64,000 nt of DNA from an uncultured Candidatus Rokubacteria bacterium (lineage in GTDB: Bacteria; Methylomirabilota; Methylomirabilia; Rokubacteriales; CSP1-6). The notes under the pieces are model-generated. The model saw only the letters and a program-made list of their open reading frames with translations. It made no database searches and was not told the DNA's origin. Both the position numbers and the translations under genes were made by a program. The stretch lies in the NCBI GenBank assembly GCA_963762145.1, contig CAVXJS010000021.1, positions 1 to 64,000 of the forward strand, written 5' to 3'. Positions 57,289 through 64,000 of the stretch are shown here, piece after piece (the stretch's first letter is position 1; the number at the start of each line of letters is the position of its first letter).

Positions 57289-57576
57289 ATGGAGTTCAAG
57301 GTCACCTGCCCCTGCTGCGACGGTCGCCTGACGATCGATCCGGTGCTGGAGGCGGTCATCGCGCACGAGCCGGCGCCCCGGGCGAAATCGGGGCTCGGGC
57401 TCGACGACGCCCTCGCCTCGCTGAAGGGCGCGGAGGCGCGCCGGGCCGAGCGGTTCAAGGAAGAGCTCAAGGCACAGGAAAAGAAGCCGCAGGTCCTCGA
57501 CAAGATGTTCAAGGAGGGGATCAAGAAGGCCAAGGACATGCCCGGCCGTCCCCTCAATCCGCTCGATCTCGACTAG
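57289..57576 (+). CDS. Small hypothetical protein with an N-terminal zinc-ribbon-like CPCC
   Basis: VTCPCCDGRLTID, charged helix, C-terminal PLDLD. Confidence 0.75.
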   Translation: MEFKVTCPCCDGRLTIDPVLEAVIAHEPAPRAKSGLGLDDALASLKGAEARRAERFKEELKAQEKKPQVLDKMFKEGIKKAKDMPGRPLNPLDLD

Positions 57577-57581
57577 CCACC

Positions 57582-58610
57582 GTGCCCGGAAGCGATCTCA
57601 CCGCCGCGCTCCTCCGGCGGGTCAGTCGATCGTTCTATCTCTCGCTCGCGGTCCTGCCCGGGTCCGTGCGGCCGACCATCGGGCTCGCGTACCTCTTCGC
57701 GCGCGCCTCCGACACCATCGCGGATACGCGGCTCGTTCCCCGGGCCTCGCGCATCGTCCACCTGGAAGCGCTGCGCGCCGCGCTCGCCTCGCCGCCCGAC
57801 CGGGAAGCCCTCGGCGCGCTCGTGGGCGCCACCGCCGCGTCGCAGGCCCTCCCCGCGGAGCGCACGCTCCTCGAGCGGCTGCCCGACTGCCTGGCCGCCT
57901 ACCGCGCCCTGCCGGCCGCCGACCGGGCGCGCGTGCACGCGGTGCTCGACACGATCATCGAGGGGCAGACCCAGGACCTGCGCCTCTTCCCGGGGGAGGA
58001 CGAAGGCAAGCTCGCCGCGCTCGAGACGCGCGAGGACCTCGACCGCTACACGTACCTGGTGGCGGGCTGCGTGGGCGAGTTCTGGACCGAGGTGCACGTG
58101 GCCCATCGGCGCCGCCTCGCCCGCTGGGACCTGCCGCGGATGCGCGCGCTCGGCACGCGCTTCGGCAAGGGCCTGCAGCTCACCAACGTGCTGCGCGACG
58201 TGCCGCGCGATCTGCGCCAGGGCCGCTGCTACCTGCCGCGCCAGGACCTGGCCCGGTGGGGCCTCGAGCCGCACGATCTGCTGGATCCGGGGCGTGCCCC
58301 GGCCGCGCGGCCGCTCCTGCGCGAGTGGCTCAACATCGCGCTCGATCACTACGACGCCGCGTGGCAGTACACCTTCGCGATCCCGCGGCGCGAGGCGCGG
58401 ATGCGGCTGGCCTGCGCGTGGCCGCTGCTGATCGGCCTCCGCACCCTCGACCTGCTCGCCGCCTCGCCCAACTGGCTCGATCCGGCGATCACGCTGAAGG
58501 TTCCCCGCGTGCGCGTCTACGGCCTGATGGCCCACTCGCTCGGCACGGTGTGGTCCACCCGCGCCCTCGGCCGTCAGGCCCGGCGCCTGCGCGAGCGCAT
58601 CCGACCGTGA
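57582..58610 (+). CDS. Squalene/phytoene synthase family (squalene synthase-like)
   Basis: VSRSF, DTIAD, YLVAGCVGEFWT, LQLTNVLRD, GRCYLP. Confidence 0.88.
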   Translation: MPGSDLTAALLRRVSRSFYLSLAVLPGSVRPTIGLAYLFARASDTIADTRLVPRASRIVHLEALRAALASPPDREALGALVGATAASQALPAERTLLERLPDCLAAYRALPAADRARVHAVLDTIIEGQTQDLRLFPGEDEGKLAALETREDLDRYTYLVAGCVGEFWTEVHVAHRRRLARWDLPRMRALGTRFGKGLQLTNVLRDVPRDLRQGRCYLPRQDLARWGLEPHDLLDPGRAPAARPLLREWLNIALDHYDAAWQYTFAIPRREARMRLACAWPLLIGLRTLDLLAASPNWLDPAITLKVPRVRVYGLMAHSLGTVWSTRALGRQARRLRERIRP

Positions 58611-59506
58611 GCCGGACCATCGAGATCATCCAGGCCGACGTCTTCACCGAGCGGCCCTTCGCGGGCAATCCGGCCGCCGCGGTGCTGGACGCCGACGGCC
58701 TCGACGCGCCCGCCATGCAGCGGATCGCGGCCGAGATGCTGGTTCCGGGCACCGCGTTCGTCTCGGCATCCGCGCAGGCGGGCGTGGACTGGCGGCTCCG
58801 CATGTTCACCCCGAAGCGCGAGGTCGGCTACTCCGGCCACACCGCGCTCTGCGGCACGCACGCGCTCGTCGAGAGCGGCCGCCTCGCGGGCGATCGCGTG
58901 ACCTACGAGACGCCGGCGGGACTCCTGCGGGTCGACGTGGAGCGCGGCGCCGCCCGCGCGCGCCTCTGGCTCGAGCCGCCGCTGCCCGCGTGCCGGCCCT
59001 TCGAGGGCGACCTCGGGGAGATCCTGGACGCCCTCGGCCTGGCTCGCGCCGCGGTGGCGGGCTGGGCGCGCCCCGCGGTCACGCCCGACCAGGATCTGCT
59101 CCTCCCGGTGCGCGATCTGGCCGCGCTGCGGGCGCTCGAGCCCGACATGCGGCGCCTGGCCGCGGTGCGCGCGCCGCAGCACGCGCGCGGCGTCTGCGTC
59201 GTCTCGCGCGAGACGGTGGATCCCGGCTCGCGCAGCCACTGTCGCTTCTTCGCCCCGCACTACGGCATCCCGGAGGACATCGTCACCGGGTCGGTCCACT
59301 CCGCCCTCGGGGTCTGGCTGCTCGAGGCGGGCGCGCTGCCGGGCGCCGACGGACGCATCGTCTTCACCGCCGAGCAGGGCGACGGGCTCGGCCGCCCCGG
59401 GCGCCTGCAGGTGGAGCTGGAGGCGAAGGCCGGGCACGCCGCGCGCGTGCGCGTCGGGGGCAGCGCGATCACCGTGCTCACCGGCCGCCTGCGGGCGGAC
59501 GCATGA
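58607..59506 (+). CDS. PhzF family isomerase/epimerase
   Basis: DVFTERPFAGNPAAAV, RMFTP..EV..SGH, EDIVTGS, GRPGRL. Confidence 0.9.
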   Translation: MSRTIEIIQADVFTERPFAGNPAAAVLDADGLDAPAMQRIAAEMLVPGTAFVSASAQAGVDWRLRMFTPKREVGYSGHTALCGTHALVESGRLAGDRVTYETPAGLLRVDVERGAARARLWLEPPLPACRPFEGDLGEILDALGLARAAVAGWARPAVTPDQDLLLPVRDLAALRALEPDMRRLAAVRAPQHARGVCVVSRETVDPGSRSHCRFFAPHYGIPEDIVTGSVHSALGVWLLEAGALPGADGRIVFTAEQGDGLGRPGRLQVELEAKAGHAARVRVGGSAITVLTGRLRADA

Positions 59507-61595
59507 GCGCGCGGGTCGGCGTAGACATCGGCGGCACCTTCACCGACATCGTGCTGCGCCTGGACGACGGTACCCTGCGGGTCAGCAAGGTCTCGTCCAC
59601 CCCGGAGGACCCCGGGCTCGCGGTGGTGCGCGGGCTCGACGCGCTCCTCCGCGCGGCCGGCGTCGCCCCCGCCTCCGTCGTCGAGGTCGTGCACGGCACC
59701 ACGGTGGCGTCCAACACCATCCTGCAGAAGAAAGGCGCGCGCGTCGGCCTCCTGACCACCCGGGGCTTTCGCGACGTGCTCGAGATCGGGCGGGTGCGGA
59801 CCCCCGATCTGTTCGATCTCACGTGGGAGAAGCCGGAGCCGCTGGTCGAGCGCCGGCACCGGCTCGAGGTCGACGAGCGCATCGCGGCCGACGGCGCGGT
59901 CGTCCGCCCCCTCGATCGCGAGGGGCTGCTGGCCGCCGCGGAGCGCCTGGTGGCCGACGGGGCCGACGTGGTGGCGGTCAGCTTCATCAACAGCTACGTG
60001 AACCCGGCCCACGAGCGCCTCGCCGAGAGCCTGCTCGCCGCGCGCTTCCCGACCCTCGACGTCACCGCGTCCTACCGCGTGCTGCCCGAGATCAAGGAGT
60101 ACGAGCGCACGAGCACCACGGTCGTGAACGCCTATCTCCTGCCCGTGATGCGCCGCTACCTCGCGACGCTCGCGGCGGGGCTGCGCGGGCATCGGCGTGG
60201 AGGCGCCGCTGCTGGTGGTGGCCTCCAACGGCGGCGTGGTGGGCGCGGCGGGCGCGGGCGAGCGGCCGGTCTTCGCGGTGGGATCGGGGCCGGCTGCGGG
60301 CGTGGCGGGGGCGGCGCGCCTCGGGCAGGTCGCCGGCGCCCCGAGCCTCATCGCCTTCGACATGGGCGGCACCACCGCCAAGGCCTCGCTCGTCGGAGAA
60401 CGGGCGCGTCTCCCTGACCACCGAGTACGAGTTCCGCGAGGGCATCAGCACCTCGAGCCGCTTCATCAAGGCCGGGCGGCTACATGCTGAAGGTCCCCGC
60501 CATCGACATCGCCGAGGTGGGCGCGGGCGCCGGCTCCATCGCGGACATCGACGACGGCGGGCTCCTGCGGGTGGGCCCGCAGTCGGCCGGCGCGCAGCCC
60601 GGCCCCGCGTGCTACGCGCTGGGCGGGACGCGGCCCACCGTCACCGACGCCAACGTGGCCCTCGGCTTCCTCAACCCGGGCTACCTGGCGGGCGGCGAGC
60701 TCCGGCTCGACGCGGCCCTCGCGCGCGCCGCGATCCGACCCACGTCGCGGAGCCCCTCGGCCTCTCGGTGGAGGAGGCCGCTCACGGGATCCGGGAAGTC
60801 GCCAACGCCAACATGGCGCGCGCGATCCGGTCGGTCACGATCGAGCGGGGGCGCGATCCGCGCGATTTCACCCTGGTCGCCTTCGGGGGCAGCGGGCCGG
60901 TGCACGCGGGCGACGTGGCCCGCGCACTCGACATCCGCCGCGTGCTCGTGCCGGTCTCCCCGGGCGTGTTCACCGCGGTCGGCATGCTCGCCAGCGACGT
61001 GGAGCACCATTTCGTGCGCGCGGCGGGCGGCCCGCTCGACGAGGGCGTGCTCGACCGGGCGAACGCCCGGCTCGACGAGATGACGGACGAGGCGCTCGCC
61101 ACTCTCGCCCAGGAGGGCTATCCGCGCGCGCAGGTGCGCCTCGTCGCCCAGGCCGACCTCCGTTACGTCGGCCAGTCCTCCGAGCTCGTGATCCCGATCG
61201 CGGGCGACCGGATCGCGGCGGACCACCTGCCCGCGCTGCGCGAGGCGTTCGCGCGCGAGTACGCGACCACGTACGGCTACGCCACCGGCGAGGCGCTCGA
61301 GCTGGTCAACGTCCGGCTGGTGGCCACCGGGGTCCGGCCGCATCGCCTCGACTTCCGTGCGGTGCGCGTGGCGACCGGGGCGCCGGTGCCCGAGACCCAC
61401 CGGCTCGTGTCCTTCGAGCGACGCGCTCCGGCGCGGGAGACCCCGGTGCTGGGACGCGAGTCCGTGACCGCGTCGGGCCAGGCCGGGCCGCTGATCGTCG
61501 AGAGCTACGACTCGACGGTGGTGGTGCCGCCCGGCTGGACCGTCCGCCGCGACGCGGTGGACAATTTGCTGATCACCTTCGGAGAGGACACATGA
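59503..61595 (+). CDS. Hydantoinase/oxoprolinase subunit A; several frameshifts
   Basis: GVDIGGTFTD, HGTTVASN, EYERTSTT, SGPAAG, DMGGTT, PGPACY, AFGGSGPVH. Confidence 0.88.
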
Positions 61596-63307
61596 TCGAC
61601 CCCATCACGCTGGCCGTCATCAAGAGCGCGCTCGATTCGATCGTGGACGAGATGGCCTACACCGTCATCCGCACCGCGCGCTCCGAGATCATCAAGGACG
61701 TGATGGACTACTCGGCCGCGCTCTGCGACGCGCGGGGCCGCATGATCGCCCAGGCCAAGACCATCGCCCAGCACCTGGGCGCGATCCCCGACGCGATGGC
61801 CAGCGTGCTCGCCGAGTTCTCCGGCGATCTCCGGCCCGGCGACGTGGTGGCCATGAACGACCCCTACCAGGGCGGCATGCACATCCCGGACGTCTTCCTC
61901 TTCATGCCGATCTTCTGGGACGGGGAGGTGGAGGCCTTCGCGGTGGTGATCGGGCATCAGACCGACATGGGCGGGCGCGTCCCCGGCTCCAACGCGAGCG
62001 ACTCCACCGAGATCTACCAGGAAGGCCTGCGCCTGCCGCCCATCAAGCTCTACGAGGGCGGCACGATGAGTCGCTCGGTCCGCCGCATCATCGAGAAGAA
62101 CGTGCGGGTACCCGATCGCGTGCTCGGCGACCTGGGAGCCCAGTACGCGGCCTGCAAGGTGGGCGAGCGCGAACTGGGTCGGCTCTACGCCCGCTACGGC
62201 CGCGACGAGGCGCGGCGCTACACCGCGGAGCTGCTCGACTACGCGGAGCGTCTCACCCGCGCCGAGATCGCCCGCTGGCCGCGGGGCACCTACCGCTTCA
62301 CCGACCACCTCGACAGCGACGGGTTCAGCGACGAGCCGGTGCCGCTCACGGTGGCGATCACCGTGCACGCCGACGGACACCTCACCTGCGACTGGACCGG
62401 CAGCTCGCCCCAGGTAAAGGCCGCGCTCAACTCCACGCTCTCCTTCACCAAGTCGTGCACCTACCTCTCGGTCCGCTCGGTGCTCCGGCAGGACGTGCCC
62501 AACAACGCGGGCGTGTTCCGCTGCATCGACGTGATCGCGCCCGAGGGCAGCATCCTGAACCCGCGCCTCCCGGGCGCGTGCGCGGCGCGCGCGCTGACCG
62601 GCTATCGGATGCTCGACGTGATGCTGGGCGCGCTGGCCCAGGCCCTGCCCGACCGCGTGCCCGCGGCGGGCGAGGGCGGCAACACCGTGCTCTCCATCGG
62701 CGGGCAGACCGCGGACCGCCGCCCGTTCGTGATCGTGGACATGATCACCGGCGCGTGGGGCGGCCGGCCGGACAAGGACGGCATGGAGGCGGTGACGAAC
62801 CCTTCGCAGAACATGTCCAACACTCCGGTGGAGGTGCTGGAGGCGCAGCATCCGATCCGCATCGACGAGTACGGCTTCGTGCCCGACTCCTGCGGGGCCG
62901 GCCGCTTCCGCGGCGGCCTCGGCCTGCGCCGCCGATACACCCTGCTCAACGACGAGGCCACGCTCCAGCTCCGCTCGGATCGCATGCGCTTCCTGCCCTA
63001 CGGACTCGACGGCGGCGGACCCGCGCGCGGCACCCGGAACATCCTCAACCCGGACACCGAGGCGCGCGTGATGCCGGCCAAGTTCGCGATCGTGCTCCGG
63101 CGCGGCGACGTGATCCTGCACGAGCAGCCGGGGGGTGGCGGTTTCGGCGATCCCTTCACGCGCGACCCCGAGCGGGTCGCCGCCGACGCGCGGAACGAGA
63201 AGATCACGCTCGAGTACGCGCGCCGCGAGCACGGCGTGGTCCTCGAGCCGGGCACCTTCAAGGTGGACGCGACGGCCACCCACGCCCTGCGCGCGCGCCG
63301 CGCCTGA
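61592..63307 (+). CDS. Hydantoinase/oxoprolinase subunit B
   Basis: MIDPITL, DYSAAL, NDPYQGGMHIPD, EIYQEG, GGGGFGDP. Confidence 0.93.
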   Translation: MIDPITLAVIKSALDSIVDEMAYTVIRTARSEIIKDVMDYSAALCDARGRMIAQAKTIAQHLGAIPDAMASVLAEFSGDLRPGDVVAMNDPYQGGMHIPDVFLFMPIFWDGEVEAFAVVIGHQTDMGGRVPGSNASDSTEIYQEGLRLPPIKLYEGGTMSRSVRRIIEKNVRVPDRVLGDLGAQYAACKVGERELGRLYARYGRDEARRYTAELLDYAERLTRAEIARWPRGTYRFTDHLDSDGFSDEPVPLTVAITVHADGHLTCDWTGSSPQVKAALNSTLSFTKSCTYLSVRSVLRQDVPNNAGVFRCIDVIAPEGSILNPRLPGACAARALTGYRMLDVMLGALAQALPDRVPAAGEGGNTVLSIGGQTADRRPFVIVDMITGAWGGRPDKDGMEAVTNPSQNMSNTPVEVLEAQHPIRIDEYGFVPDSCGAGRFRGGLGLRRRYTLLNDEATLQLRSDRMRFLPYGLDGGGPARGTRNILNPDTEARVMPAKFAIVLRRGDVILHEQPGGGGFGDPFTRDPERVAADARNEKITLEYARREHGVVLEPGTFKVDATATHALRARRA

Positions 63308-63315
63308 CCAGACCC

Positions 63316-63442
63316 GCCGGGCGCCGAGAAGGGCCCAGCTGCGAGGCGCCGCGCGAAGGCCGCCCGCGAGGCGTACTCCCCGTACGTTGAGCGGGCGGTC
63401 GAGCGCGGCAACGAAGCAGATGGGCCCTTATCGGCGCTCGGC
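63316..63442. repeat. Nested palindromic MITE-like element between convergent genes
   Basis: 26-bp imperfect terminal IR (63317-63342 vs 63416-63441, 3 mismatches), plus inner stems GCCGCGC/GCGCGGC, GGCCGCCCGC/GCGGGCGGTC and CGTAC/GTACG. Confidence 0.7.
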
Positions 63443-64000
63443 TAGTCGCGGAGGGGCAGCGCGTAGAGATCGGGCGGGTTGATCCGCGCGCGCCCGAGCT
63501 GGGCGCCGAAGTGCAGATGGGGGCCGGTGGAGCGCCCGGTGGTGCCCACGGTGCCCACGGTCTGGCCGCGCTCCACCATCTGACCCTCGGCCACCGCCAC
63601 GCCGTCCAGGTGGAAGTAGAGTGTGTAGAGTCCCAGACCGTGGTCGAGGGCCACGAGGCGGCCCGCGAAGAAGAACTCGCCGAGCAACGCCACCCGGCCG
63701 CGGTTCGACGCGACCACCGGAGTGCCGCGGTCGGCCGAATAGTCGATGCCGGAATGCGGCATCCGCGGCTGGCCGTTGATGATGCGCCGGGAGCCGAACC
63801 CGCCGCCCGGCTTGCGGCTCGCGACCGGCTGGGTGAAGGGACCGCGCCAGAGACGCTCAGGCGTGACCGTATCGTAGAGGGCGCGCATCCGGGCCGCCTC
63901 GTTGGCCGCGCGTCGCTCCGCCTCCGGGTCGAGGTTCACCATGCCGCCCGGAAGCGTGAGGCGCTCCACCGGGAAGCCGCCCGCCTTGATCGTCACGCTG
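63442..64000 (-). CDS. M23 family metallopeptidase; 5' end outside the window
   Basis: HSGID, YFHL, GRSTGPHLH zinc motifs. Confidence 0.9.
   Translation of the reverse strand, partial: SVTIKAGGFPVERLTLPGGMVNLDPEAERRAANEAARMRALYDTVTPERLWRGPFTQPVASRKPGGGFGSRRIINGQPRMPHSGIDYSADRGTPVVASNRGRVALLGEFFFAGRLVALDHGLGLYTLYFHLDGVAVAEGQMVERGQTVGTVGTTGRSTGPHLHFGAQLGRARINPPDLYALPLRD

Noticed and set aside
58607-59506. Phenazine biosynthesis
   Set aside because: A lone PhzF-family gene without phzA/B/D/E/G.

Overview
A very GC-rich bacterial chromosomal segment with about 60 coding regions. Gene content and repeat style suggest Candidatus Rokubacteria/Methylomirabilota (inference). From left to right: (1) a 10-kb minus-strand envelope/glycolipid tailoring cluster (fatty-acid desaturase, SAM methyltransferase, GT-C-type membrane protein, GT2, flippase-like protein, DCC1-like thiol oxidoreductase, HTTM/VKGC-like membrane protein, radical SAM-SPASM/twitch, GNAT, AsnB-like amidotransferase); (2) two ATPase-less peptide ABC operons; (3) M81, DUF1054, HAD and TPMT genes; (4) a Liv-type ABC operon; (5) an accessory tract with gene remnants, TctABC, YoaK and a FixLJ/NodVW-like two-component system; (6) an orphan ParB-like gene, an M16 peptidase pair and a solo Cas4-like nuclease coupled to a HAD hydrolase; (7) a catabolic cluster with a second Liv operon; (8) a csbD/pyruvyltransferase/DUF748 locus with sigma54-type promoters; (9) squalene synthase, PhzF, hydantoinase AB and a partial M23 peptidase. 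Non-coding signals include three kinds of palindromic REP/MITE-like elements, four sigma54 -24/-12 boxes and several apparent leaderless promoters. Many genes carry single-base frameshifts in patches, most likely long-read consensus errors. I saw no rRNA, tRNA, CRISPR array or intact transposase. All product calls come from motif recognition, not database searches.
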